A stretch of DNA of 64,000 bases from Nibricoccus sp. (GTDB lineage Bacteria > Verrucomicrobiota > Verrucomicrobiia > Opitutales > Opitutaceae), in NCBI GenBank assembly GCA_047602425.1, contig JASGHG010000001.1:3424001-3488000 (forward strand). Reading direction: 5' to 3'. The notes under the pieces were generated by a model. That model did not search any database and had not been told where the DNA came from. It saw nothing but the letters and a program-made list of their open reading frames with translations. A program made the position numbers and the translations under genes. This document shows, piece by piece, positions 38,456 to 48,152 of the stretch. Position 1 is the stretch's first letter, and each line of letters starts with the position of its first letter.

Positions 38456-40090
38456 CTACAGGCCGAGCAACACGCCGCAAAGATCGTCGCCCCGCACGGT
38501 CCGGCCGGAAAAGGCGGAAATATCCGCTGCGATGAGGCCGAGGACTTTTTCTACCGGAGCGTCGTGATGGCGGCCGAGCGATTCGAGGAGGCGATTTGTG
38601 CCAAATTCCTCGTTGTCGGAATTGGGTTCTTCGGTCCATCCATCGGTATGGAGCAATAGGCGATCACCGCGCGCGAGAGAGTGGCGGGTCGAGGTATAAT
38701 TGATCCCGCGCATAAACCCCAAGGCGGGACCGCTGGCTTCGTTAGAGATGGCAATCGTTTTGGATCCACGGCGCTGGAGGAGTGGCCAGGGATGGCCTGC
38801 GCTGGCCAGATCAATGGTGCCATACATGAGATCGACGCGGCCGTAGAGCGCGGTCACGAAGCGTGGCATGGGCGGTCGGTCGAGCAAAGGACAAAGGCGT
38901 TCGTTGACGTGCTCGAGCACCTGGGCGGGGTTGAGATTCTTGCTGCGCAGATCGGCGAGAAGGCCGCGGATGAGCGTGGTGACGAGGGCGGCTTTCACGC
39001 CGTGACCCATGACATCGCAAATGAGCAGGTCGAAGCTGCGCGCGGTGAAAGGAATGGCCTGGAAAAAATCACCAGCGAGAAATTCGCAGGGCTCGTAGTG
39101 GAACCCGATGCCAGGGACAAAGGGAGCCTTGGGATCGAGCATGCCGCGGACAGTGCGAATGCTGGAGGCCATCAGCTCGGTCTGAAGCTGGCTGGCAAGG
39201 CGGAGTTCGGCCTGCATCTGCTGATTTTTGATCTCGAGATCGCGCTGGGCCTGAAGGGCCCGGGCCTCGGCTTCCTTCTGCCGGGTAATATCGGCCGCCA
39301 TGCCTACGATGCCCTGGATGTGTCCATCGGCGTCGCGCAACGGAACTTTGGAAAGCAGAGCCCAGCGATTGAGGGCGGCGGGGCTGGCGTCGAATTCCTC
39401 GCGGTTGAGGACGGAATGGCCTTTCTCAATGATCTCCTGGTCTTCGGCGGCGACGCGGCTGGCGCGAGGGTCGTCGCTCAGTTGGTCAATGCGGCGGCCT
39501 TCGACATCGGCGGGATCAGTTACGCCGATGGCGTGGCGATACGTCGTATTGGTAAGCCGAATACGGCCCTCCTCGTCCTTGACGAAGATCTGGCAGGGCA
39601 GGAGATCGATCAGGATCTCCAGCAGGCGGTGGTGCGCCTCCAGCGCCTCCTTGGCATTTTTGGTTTCCGTGATGTCGCGGGAAATGCCGAAGGTGCCGAT
39701 GATGTTGCCGTCGTCGCCCCGCAGCGGCTGCTTGGAAGAGAGAACCCAGCGCGCTCCGCCTTTGGAGGTGTTGGCTCGTTCCTCCTTACCGACAAAACCG
39801 AGGCCGGTGCGAATGATGTCTTTTTCGTCGGCGAATTTCTGACGGGCGAGATTTTTTTCGAAAAAGTCGAAGTCGGTTTTCCCAATGGCTTGGTCGGGGC
39901 TGTTGAGTCCGAAAGAAGCAGCCAGCGCGTGGCTGATCGCGAGAAAACGTCCTTCGAGGTCCTTGAAGTAGATGTAGTCCGGCAGGCTTTCGAGCAGGCG
40001 CTTGAAAAACAGCATGGGACTGCCGGCTGCTCCGTTGGAGGGACCGGGTTGTTCAGAGGCTGAAGGAGGATTCGGTGGGGACGTTGGCAC
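38456..40090 (-). CDS. PAS-PAS PP2C/SpoIIE (RsbU-like) phosphatase
   Basis: Two PAS/PAC units (IYFKDLEGRF; IFVKDEEGRI) and GDFF, DVMGHG, AGHP, TDG and DD motifs. Confidence 0.92.
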   Translation of the reverse strand: MPTSPPNPPSASEQPGPSNGAAGSPMLFFKRLLESLPDYIYFKDLEGRFLAISHALAASFGLNSPDQAIGKTDFDFFEKNLARQKFADEKDIIRTGLGFVGKEERANTSKGGARWVLSSKQPLRGDDGNIIGTFGISRDITETKNAKEALEAHHRLLEILIDLLPCQIFVKDEEGRIRLTNTTYRHAIGVTDPADVEGRRIDQLSDDPRASRVAAEDQEIIEKGHSVLNREEFDASPAALNRWALLSKVPLRDADGHIQGIVGMAADITRQKEAEARALQAQRDLEIKNQQMQAELRLASQLQTELMASSIRTVRGMLDPKAPFVPGIGFHYEPCEFLAGDFFQAIPFTARSFDLLICDVMGHGVKAALVTTLIRGLLADLRSKNLNPAQVLEHVNERLCPLLDRPPMPRFVTALYGRVDLMYGTIDLASAGHPWPLLQRRGSKTIAISNEASGPALGFMRGINYTSTRHSLARGDRLLLHTDGWTEEPNSDNEEFGTNRLLESLGRHHDAPVEKVLGLIAADISAFSGRTVRGDDLCGVLLGL

Positions 40091-40239
40091 GTGAACAATT
40101 TTCAGTTACCACAGATTTCCAGCGGAGCAACAGCCCATTTGGAAGGCCTCGAACGAGGCAATCGACGGCTTGCGCGAGTTTGGCGTTGAGCGTGTAGCTT
40201 CGGGACGATTGAACGGCTGGCTTCATTTACCAAAAATCA

Positions 40240-40914
40240 ATGTTCGGATACGAATTGCTTGAAACGATCGGCTCATTCGCCGTGGAAGCGCCCGTAGCGG
40301 CCATTTTGCGTCATGCGGCGCGTTACCCGATTTTGGATGTTGCGCGGCCTGAACTGGCGGAAATCACCCCGGCGGGCGCCAAAGCGGCCGAGGAAATGGG
40401 GCGGCGGTTGAGCGGATTCGATTGCTTGAGGCTTTTTCATAGTCCGGTGAAACGTTGCCAGCAAACGGCCGAATGTCTTGCACGCGGGGCCGGGGACGCT
40501 GGATTGAAAATCACGCATCTGGGACCGGAAGACGCGCTCGGCGTGGACTACATCCTGGATTTGGCAGAAGCTGGAAAACTGAGCCAGCTGCACGGCGAAG
40601 ATTTCGTGCGGCTCTGGATACGCGGCGAAGTTTCCCCGCAAATCATTCGCGAGACGAAACACATTGCAGAGACAAAAATGACCTATCTGACCCGTCGGTT
40701 AAGCGAACCGACCAGTCAGGGCAGGCGACTCGACCTGCATGTCTCGCACGATTGGAACATCATGGTGCTCCGGGAGCACTTGCTGGGTGTGCGGCATGAA
40801 GAGGCTGGCTGGCTGAGTTTCCTGGATGGAATCGGTTTTTGTCTTCAGGACGGGGTCCTGCGGGCAAAATACCGTCAGGAGGAGAGTCGTCAGACTTTGC
40901 CCTGGGCATTTTAG
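40240..40914 (+). CDS. Histidine phosphatase family protein
   Basis: LRHA, SPVKRCQQTA and VSHD motifs. Confidence 0.85.
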   Translation: MFGYELLETIGSFAVEAPVAAILRHAARYPILDVARPELAEITPAGAKAAEEMGRRLSGFDCLRLFHSPVKRCQQTAECLARGAGDAGLKITHLGPEDALGVDYILDLAEAGKLSQLHGEDFVRLWIRGEVSPQIIRETKHIAETKMTYLTRRLSEPTSQGRRLDLHVSHDWNIMVLREHLLGVRHEEAGWLSFLDGIGFCLQDGVLRAKYRQEESRQTLPWAF

Positions 40915-41055
40915 AAAACGATGCAAACAGGGATTCCGACCGGCTGAGGAGAAGACCCCAGTCGCGGACAAGCGCGCGGCGTCGCGAAGATTTTGCATCG
41001 GAATGTTCTGATTGAAAAATGGCATTTTATCGCGATGTAATCGCGTGCGTTACCC

Positions 41056-41613
41056 ATGAAAGTTCGAATGCCTCTCACCTTTATGCTCGGTTTTTTGGCG
41101 ACCTGCACGGTCATGGCCGCGTTTGAACCGACGGGTGACAAGGCCCGGGCAAAAATTGACGAATGGATTGATACCGCCAAAAAAATCGCAGCGGAACCCA
41201 GCCTGGTAAAGGCCGTGGCGGCGCAGAATCACCAGCTCGCGGTCGAGTACGCGGACATGTCGCAGGTCAAGTGGGCGGCGCTGGCCGATCTTGATCCGCT
41301 CGTCACGGCGCTGAGTAAAAATGCCGCGGCAAAAACGCTGAAGGCGCACAAGGTTGCGGGTTTGGCGGAGTTATTTGTTTCGGACAACCAAGGCCGGAAA
41401 GTGGCATTTCTCTCAAAGCCCACCAACTGGAGTCACGAAGGTAAGGCGAAACACGAACAGCCGATGGCTGGCAAAGTCTGGGAGGGGCGCGTCGAGTACG
41501 ATCAGTCGACCCGGCGAGTGCAGGTCCAGATTGCCGTGCCGGTTTTGCAGGAAGGAAAACCCATCGGCTCGCTGGTCGTGGGTGTCGAGTGGGAATGGCT
41601 GGAGAAAATGTGA
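41056..41613 (+). CDS. Secreted stand-alone Cache/PDC-like sensor domain protein
   Basis: Signal peptide, then ELFVSDNQG...YDQST..VQIAVPV..G..IGSLVVGV, with no TM or output domain. Confidence 0.75.
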   Translation: MKVRMPLTFMLGFLATCTVMAAFEPTGDKARAKIDEWIDTAKKIAAEPSLVKAVAAQNHQLAVEYADMSQVKWAALADLDPLVTALSKNAAAKTLKAHKVAGLAELFVSDNQGRKVAFLSKPTNWSHEGKAKHEQPMAGKVWEGRVEYDQSTRRVQVQIAVPVLQEGKPIGSLVVGVEWEWLEKM

Positions 41614-41684
41614 TTTTGCAATTTCGCTGCGCGGTACGCGCGCCGGAGTTGCTGTAGGGAAAAATGGGGTAAACACCGAGAAAA

Positions 41685-41700
41685 TTGGCACGGCTCTTGA
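41685..41700 (+). promoter_or_regulatory. Sigma-54-like promoter (-24/-12)
   Basis: TTGGCACGGCTCTTGA versus consensus TGGCACG-N4-TTGC; the -12 element has GA instead of GC. Confidence 0.45.
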
Positions 41701-41831
41701 GCGGTCTTTGTGCCTGACATGCGAGGCATAGCTGTGTTGTCTTTTCGTTCCGCCCGATTCTCCAGCTGATGCTTTGTGCGATCGCGTGCGGCGTCTTGAT
41801 GCCAGCAATTTCAAAGAAAGGAAATTCCGTC

Positions 41832-42467
41832 ATGAACCAACAGACACCGACTATTTCGCTTGGGTTTACGCAGGAACGATTCCCGGCCGGGGTGCATATT
41901 TGCCAGATCTACACGGAGGATAGGGAACGAGAGGAGGCATTGGCGCGTTTTGTCGAGAGCGGACTGGTCGCGGGCGAGCGCACGAGTTGTTTTTCCGACA
42001 AAAAACCGGAGCCGGTATTATCCAGACATCTTGCTGCACACGGAATGTCGTTGGAAGAGCGTTGTTCCTGCGGGGCATTGACGCTGGCACCGACGCGGGA
42101 TGTCTATTTCAAGGACGACCGTTTCGATCCGGAACGGATGCTTTCGGTTTTGACGACGTACCACGAGGATTCGATGCGCCGCGGACATCGCGCCTGCCGA
42201 GTGATTGGAGAGATGTCGACCAAGGTGCAGACCGTGGAAGGAGGCAATCGGCTTTTGGAATATGAGTCAAAAGTCAGCATGCTGCTGCGCGAGCATCCGA
42301 TCACATGCGTCTGCCAGTACGATGCGCGTGCGTTTAGCGGCGCCATGATCATGGACGTGTTGAAGGTTCACCCGTTGATGATCATCCGCGGTGCGGTGGT
42401 GCGTAATCCATTTTTCATTCCTCCGGAGGAATTTTTGGCTGAGGGAAATTCCAGCCGAAAAGTATGA
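41832..42467 (+). CDS. Stand-alone MEDS domain protein
   Basis: GVHICQIY, GLVAGER, FDPERML, RVIGEM, YES, CQYDARAF and HP motifs. Confidence 0.88.
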   Translation: MNQQTPTISLGFTQERFPAGVHICQIYTEDREREEALARFVESGLVAGERTSCFSDKKPEPVLSRHLAAHGMSLEERCSCGALTLAPTRDVYFKDDRFDPERMLSVLTTYHEDSMRRGHRACRVIGEMSTKVQTVEGGNRLLEYESKVSMLLREHPITCVCQYDARAFSGAMIMDVLKVHPLMIIRGAVVRNPFFIPPEEFLAEGNSSRKV

Positions 42468-44440
42468 GCACGACGGATACCGAACGGCAGGGCTCAATGG
42501 TGCTGGGGCAGCTTCTGCTCATGCAGAATGTGCTGTGCAACCTGCCTGATGAAGCCTCCATTTTCAGTTTCATTTGCCGCGGGCTTGGCGACATGCCCGG
42601 CGTAATGGAGGTGAGCCATTTAACGGTTGCAAATGGTTCAGGTAATGCCGAATTGCGCCATTTTCCCGTGCAGGCGGGTCAGACGCACTGGGGGGACCTT
42701 ATTTTCAAGCTTTCGGATCCTGGTCTGTTCGAACCTTACGAGGCCTATCTGCGAAATTTTATCTACATGGTCGGTGTGATCCTCGAAGAACGCCGCCAGA
42801 GACGTTTAAACGAAGAACACACGGTGCGCATCGAGCAGGCGGTTGAAGAGCGCACGCGCCAGCTCAAACAGGCCAATTCGGCGCTCGCGGGTTCCGAGCA
42901 GAAATATCGGCGGCTTTACGAGACGGTCCTCGATGGTTTCGGAACAATCGACATGGACGGCCGCATTGTGGACACCAACCAGGTGTTCCTTTCGATGCTC
43001 GGATATTCCGCGGACGAAGTGCGCCGGCTGAAATATTCGGATATCACACCCCAGCGCTGGCATGTATTTGAAAATCAAATCCTGACGGAGCAGGTTTTGA
43101 AACGAGGTTATTCCGACCTCTACGAAAAGGAATACGTACGAAAGGACGGCACGGTATTTCCGATCGAGTTGCGCACCTACCTCATCCGGGACCAGCAAGG
43201 ACAGCCTTCCGGCATGTGGGCGTTTATGCGCGACATCTCGGAGCGGAAGCAGGTGGAGGCGGAAAAAAACAGACTGCAGGAACAATTGATCCAAGCGCAG
43301 AAAATGGAATCGGTCGGCCGTCTGGCTGGCGGCGTGGCGCACGATTTCAACAACATGCTTCAGGCGATCATCGGCAATGCCAGCCTCGCGCTCGATGAAA
43401 CAATCGGCTCCGACCTGCACCAGGAATGCCTGAATGAAATCATGAAGGCCGCACGCCGTTCGGCGGACCTTACCCAGCAATTGCTGGCCTTTGCCCGCAA
43501 GCAGACCGTGAATCCCAAGGTGCTCGATCTCAACGACACCGTGGCGAGCATGCTCAAGATGCTGCAGCGCCTGATTGGCGAAGACGTGCAACTGAATTGG
43601 ATACCCGGTGCGTCGCTCTGGCCGGTCTGGGTCGATCCAGTTCAAATCGACCAAATCCTGGCGAATCTCACGGTGAACGCGCGGGACGCGATTGCCGGCT
43701 CAGGCCGTATCACCATCGAGACGGCCAATTTCAGCCTGACGGGCAGCGCCCTGCCGTTTCAGGCCGAGGCCCGTGCGGGGGAATATGTCCTGCTGAAAGT
43801 GACGGACACCGGCTGCGGTATCGACGAGGAGACGCGGAAGCACTTGTTTGAACCATTTTACACCACCAAAGCACCGGGCAAGGGCACCGGCTTGGGTCTG
43901 GCGACCGTTTACGGCATCGTAAGGCAAAACCACGGTTACATCAACGTGCGCAGCGCGCCCCGGGAGGGCTCGACCTTCACGATTTACCTGCCGCGTTGTT
44001 TGACTCCGGCCGCCCTGCCGGACGCGAACGAAGAAGACTCCATTGTGGGAGGCACGGAGACAATATTGTTGGTCGAGGATGAGGCTCAAATTTTGAACTT
44101 GGAGCGAAAGATCCTGGAGCTCCATGGTTACAAGGTCATTCCGGCGAATTTGCCCGAGGAGGCATTGGAGCGGGTCGCGCGTTTTCCCGATCCCATCCAC
44201 CTGGTCATCACCGATGTCGTGATGCCGGGAATGAACGGGCGAGAGTTGCAGACACGGGTGAATGCGTTGAAGCCCGGTGCGCGTTGGCTCTTTGTCTCTG
44301 GTTATACCGCGGACGTGATCGCGCACCAAGGCGTGCTGGATAAAAGCGTCCAATTTCTCCCCAAGCCCTTCACGATTCCCGATCTCGCCCGCAAGGTCCG
44401 CGAAGTGCTCGATTTACCCGATCGAGACCGCGCGAGTTGA
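42464..44440 (+). CDS. Cytoplasmic PAS hybrid histidine kinase
   Basis: ATGA overlap with the MEDS gene. PAS/PAC, AHDFNN, NARDA, GTGLGL, LLVEDE and DVVMP. Confidence 0.93.
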   Translation: MSTTDTERQGSMVLGQLLLMQNVLCNLPDEASIFSFICRGLGDMPGVMEVSHLTVANGSGNAELRHFPVQAGQTHWGDLIFKLSDPGLFEPYEAYLRNFIYMVGVILEERRQRRLNEEHTVRIEQAVEERTRQLKQANSALAGSEQKYRRLYETVLDGFGTIDMDGRIVDTNQVFLSMLGYSADEVRRLKYSDITPQRWHVFENQILTEQVLKRGYSDLYEKEYVRKDGTVFPIELRTYLIRDQQGQPSGMWAFMRDISERKQVEAEKNRLQEQLIQAQKMESVGRLAGGVAHDFNNMLQAIIGNASLALDETIGSDLHQECLNEIMKAARRSADLTQQLLAFARKQTVNPKVLDLNDTVASMLKMLQRLIGEDVQLNWIPGASLWPVWVDPVQIDQILANLTVNARDAIAGSGRITIETANFSLTGSALPFQAEARAGEYVLLKVTDTGCGIDEETRKHLFEPFYTTKAPGKGTGLGLATVYGIVRQNHGYINVRSAPREGSTFTIYLPRCLTPAALPDANEEDSIVGGTETILLVEDEAQILNLERKILELHGYKVIPANLPEEALERVARFPDPIHLVITDVVMPGMNGRELQTRVNALKPGARWLFVSGYTADVIAHQGVLDKSVQFLPKPFTIPDLARKVREVLDLPDRDRAS

Positions 44441-44465
44441 TCCGTCGTGAGGAAACTTGTCCGCT

Positions 44466-44960
44466 TCAGCTTTTGGAAGCCGGCGGAATCAGGCTGCGGA
44501 TATAGTCGATCAACGAAGGGATGGCTTCGACCATTTCGTCGCGACTGGCTTCATAGTGTTTAAGCGAACCGCCGTAGGGATCGACGATCTCATGGTCGGC
44601 CGGTGCGGGCATGAATTCGCGGAAAAGGTGCACATTTTTCGCAGGCGGATCGAACGCCACCTGGATCATCGACCGGTGCGATTCCGTCATGCAGAAAATG
44701 GCCAGCGCATTGCGAACGAGGTCCTGGGTAAGCGGCTGGGCGACGTGGCTGGCGATATTAAGCCCGACTTTTTTCAGCGCCTGCACCGAGTTTTCAGAAA
44801 CCCGTTCCCCCGTGCGCGCCGAGACGCCGGCCGAGATGACTTTGATCGATTTCAGCGGTTCAGGCTGCGCGCGAAGCGCATGTTGCAACAGAGCCTCGGC
44901 CATCGGACTGCGGCAGATGTTGGCGGTGCAGACAGTGAGAATATAAACCGGTTCACCCAT
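44466..44960 (-). CDS. Low-molecular-weight protein tyrosine/arginine phosphatase
   Basis: VCTANICRSPMAE and DPYGG motifs. Confidence 0.92.
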   Translation of the reverse strand: MGEPVYILTVCTANICRSPMAEALLQHALRAQPEPLKSIKVISAGVSARTGERVSENSVQALKKVGLNIASHVAQPLTQDLVRNALAIFCMTESHRSMIQVAFDPPAKNVHLFREFMPAPADHEIVDPYGGSLKHYEASRDEMVEAIPSLIDYIRSLIPPASKS

Positions 44961-45015
44961 GCTGTGGCGGTGGCCAATGGATACAGTTTGTTGAAAAAAG
45001 CAAAGCCGCTTTTGG

Positions 45016-47481
45016 TTAACGTCGGTCGGAAACGAATCGACGGCAGCGCACCATGCGCGGTGCGACGAGCAGCGCAAGTGCGGTCAAAAGGAAAGTCCCT
45101 GGCGCGCCTCCACCGCCTCCTTTTGACGACGGTGATGCACCAGAACCGGACGAACCGCCGCTCGACGACGAAGAACTGCTGCTGGACGAACTCGACGACG
45201 AGGACGATGCACCCGAGGAGGAACTGGAGCTTGAAGACGAATTGGTAGCCTGAAGTTGCACGACGGCATTGTTGCTCGTGGTTGAGCCGGCGGAGTTGGA
45301 AATAACGACCGAATATGTGCCGGCGGAGGAGACGCTCGCGCTGGCAACGGAATAGGTGCTACCGTTAGCGCCGACGATGAGCTGGCCGGCCAGACGCCAT
45401 TGATATTGGAGATTTGTACCGGTTGTGGTGACGTTGAGCGTGAAACTTGATCCTGCGGCGACGGAGGTGAGCGCAGCGGGTTGCGACGTGATGGCAGGCG
45501 GCGTGTCAGCGGTGGAAACGGGAATTGCAGCGCTGAGCGGAGAAGTATTGCCGACAGCATCGAACGCGTTGACCGCGTACGTGTAGGTCGTGCCGGCGAT
45601 GAGTCCGGTATTGGAGAACGATGTGGCGGTCGTCGTGGTGAGGAGATTGCCGTTGCGATAAACACCGTAGCCGGTGACAGCGACATTGTCGGTCGAAGCG
45701 GTCCACGAGAGATTGATCTGCGAGGTGGAAATGGGCGTGCCCGCAAGATTCGAGGGAATGGTCGGGGCGGTCGTATCGCCGGGGCCTGTGTTAGAGGGAT
45801 TGAGAATTGAATAGTTGTTCGAACCGGCGGCGACGTAGGCGAGGTAGCGACGATAAGCGGGATTCCCGCCGTTGACGGTGGCAAGGTCAGGACCGTTGCC
45901 CGGCCATTGGCCGGCGTCCCACCAACTTGGTTTTGCGGACAAATACATCGATGAGGGAATGGTGTGATCGGAATTCGCAGTGTCCCACGTGACCAGATTG
46001 GTTTTAAACGAATAGTTTCCGTGGAGGTAGGTCGTGGTTATAGTATTCTGATCGTAGCCTTGGCTGGCGTCGGGCGGAAAAATCTGGCCAATGACGGAGT
46101 CGGTGACGCCATAGCCCGATGGATAACTCCGCGTATCGTCGCCAGGACGATTCAGAACGCAGCCGACGCAGGAATTGTAAGGATTGTCACCGGCGATCCA
46201 GATGCCAATGCGACCGAAAAGGCGCAGATTGTCGGAGTAGGCTTCGGAGTAGGCGCGGGCCCAAACGCGGAAATTGAGGTTATGCGATGAACTGCCCCAC
46301 GTATTGTCGTGGACGATACGGGAAACAACATTGCCTTCAAACAGGTTCATGTACGGGTGGCTGCCGTGAGTATCCTGATCCTCGGTGATGGAGGAATAGT
46401 CACCCGTGTCGTTATTGCGAGGCGACACGCTCGCATTGTGCGCCATGACGATGCCGCTGCCACCACCCTCGAAAACCAAGGCGTGGCGGCCACCCATCAC
46501 GACACAATTTTCCACGAGATGGTTGGAATTGTAGTCGAAAAAGAAAATGCCGTACGAGCGCCCGGACTCGTGGTCCACGGCGAAGTTCGTGGAATCGATG
46601 GTGCAATTCCGCACGGTGCAACCAAAGGAATTGCCGATGCGAATGGCGGTGGCTTGGGGCCACTTGACGATACAATTCGTTATCCAGCTATCCGCCACGG
46701 CGCCCAGCCCCACACTTGAGCCGCCGCCTGTGGCCTGGGTTTTTTCAATAACCAAGTCTTCGATACCAATACCCATGGACAAATTCATGATTTGGTACTG
46801 CGGGCTGTTCGGCATATCGAGGTAGATGGCGGGCGAGAAAGTGACGGTGGAGCCGTTGACCGCACTGACCTTGACCACCTGGACCATGGTGGCGGTGGGA
46901 TTGCTGTTGGCCAACCAGGTGGCGACATTGGCGCTGTTGCCATAGCTGCGCGGCGTGACCCAACTGGGATTGGTCTGGGAAATGGCGACGTACGAGCCGG
47001 CGCTCAGGCCGGAGACATTGGCGGAAGTGAAATTGGTCGAACCTCGGGTGACGGATGACGTGATGGGAATTTTATTTCCCGGTCCGCCCCCGGGGCCGCT
47101 GATCATTTGAAATTCAGAAGTGCCATTGTACTGGATGACAGTGCTGGTCCCCGAACCGCGCAACGTGACGCCGCTCTTCATCGTTATGCCGGTGGTGCTT
47201 AAGACAAACGTGCCAGGGCCAAGCTTAACTACCTGTCCCGTCGGGCAGGCATTGATCGCGGTTTGGATCTGGTCGGTGGTTGCGCCACCGGTGAGCGTTT
47301 GGAAAATAGTGGTGCGACTGGGTATGCCACCGCTCACTCCGGCATTGGCCCAGGCACTGTCGGTTGGAATGCGCGTTGGATCGATGATCGCTCCGGATGC
47401 GCACAGAGCGCCGAGCAGCAACGCGGTCAGGAACTTGTACATTGAAGATAGGCCGATGTTGGTTCGGGTCATGCGTGGCAT
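45016..47481 (-). CDS. Secreted beta-helix (pectin-lyase-fold) protein with FN3, Ig, poly-Ser and Gly-rich TM tail
   Basis: Signal peptide, IQTAINAC..V.LGPGTF beta-helix start, DTTAPTIP..LSWTASTDNVAVTGY FN3, ITSQP..YQW Ig, poly-S and KGGGGGAPG-TM-basic tail. Confidence 0.85.
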   Translation of the reverse strand: MPRMTRTNIGLSSMYKFLTALLLGALCASGAIIDPTRIPTDSAWANAGVSGGIPSRTTIFQTLTGGATTDQIQTAINACPTGQVVKLGPGTFVLSTTGITMKSGVTLRGSGTSTVIQYNGTSEFQMISGPGGGPGNKIPITSSVTRGSTNFTSANVSGLSAGSYVAISQTNPSWVTPRSYGNSANVATWLANSNPTATMVQVVKVSAVNGSTVTFSPAIYLDMPNSPQYQIMNLSMGIGIEDLVIEKTQATGGGSSVGLGAVADSWITNCIVKWPQATAIRIGNSFGCTVRNCTIDSTNFAVDHESGRSYGIFFFDYNSNHLVENCVVMGGRHALVFEGGGSGIVMAHNASVSPRNNDTGDYSSITEDQDTHGSHPYMNLFEGNVVSRIVHDNTWGSSSHNLNFRVWARAYSEAYSDNLRLFGRIGIWIAGDNPYNSCVGCVLNRPGDDTRSYPSGYGVTDSVIGQIFPPDASQGYDQNTITTTYLHGNYSFKTNLVTWDTANSDHTIPSSMYLSAKPSWWDAGQWPGNGPDLATVNGGNPAYRRYLAYVAAGSNNYSILNPSNTGPGDTTAPTIPSNLAGTPISTSQINLSWTASTDNVAVTGYGVYRNGNLLTTTTATSFSNTGLIAGTTYTYAVNAFDAVGNTSPLSAAIPVSTADTPPAITSQPAALTSVAAGSSFTLNVTTTGTNLQYQWRLAGQLIVGANGSTYSVASASVSSAGTYSVVISNSAGSTTSNNAVVQLQATNSSSSSSSSSGASSSSSSSSSSSSSSSSGGSSGSGASPSSKGGGGGAPGTFLLTALALLVAPRMVRCRRFVSDRR

Positions 47482-47591
47482 GGGGATATCCCGTGGTTGG
47501 GCTAAGTTGCTCCGCGTTTAGCCAGCGACAACCCGAATGCTTCGTCCAACGAGCGTTTTATAAAAATTTAGGAAACGCCCGCCATTTGGCT

Positions 47592-48152
47592 TCAGTCCAC
47601 AATCATCACCTGATCGCCAACGCGCATTTCTTCGTAGAGGCTGATCAGATCGAGATTGGCCATATGGACGCACCCCGCGCTTTGCGGTTGGCCAAGACGG
47701 TGCTCGTGGTGCGTGCCGTGGATATATATGTAGCGTTCCTTCGTATCGACTTCGCCGCCTTGGTTCACGCCAGGTTCGAGGCCACGCAGCCAGAGGATGC
47801 GGCTCGTGATGAGATTCGATTTTTGCTCCTCCTCGGAAAACTCTGAGAAGTGCCGGCCGGTGGGCACACGGGCCTTGAAGACCATGCCGGGCGGTTGGCC
47901 GGCACCGATTCGTTCGGCAATTTCATGCAGTCCGCGGGGGGTGCCGAGTGAATTTTTAATATTGGACGGCGGACGTAACGATGTGGATATCACATAGCTA
48001 CGCACGAGCGAACTGTTCCGGTAAAATTGCAGCGTTTGTGTGGCGATCCGGACGAAAAGAAACCTTTCTGCGGACTTGATGCCGAGGCGCTCGCAGGTTT
48101 TGCTGACCAGTTCACACGAAGAAATGAATACATCGTCACTCACAGTAGGCAT
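47592..48152 (-). CDS. L,D-transpeptidase (YkuD) family protein
   Basis: TPRG, IYIHGT...SAGCVHM catalytic motif. Start is 48152 or GTG at 48143. Confidence 0.85.
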   Translation of the reverse strand: MPTVSDDVFISSCELVSKTCERLGIKSAERFLFVRIATQTLQFYRNSSLVRSYVISTSLRPPSNIKNSLGTPRGLHEIAERIGAGQPPGMVFKARVPTGRHFSEFSEEEQKSNLITSRILWLRGLEPGVNQGGEVDTKERYIYIHGTHHEHRLGQPQSAGCVHMANLDLISLYEEMRVGDQVMIVD

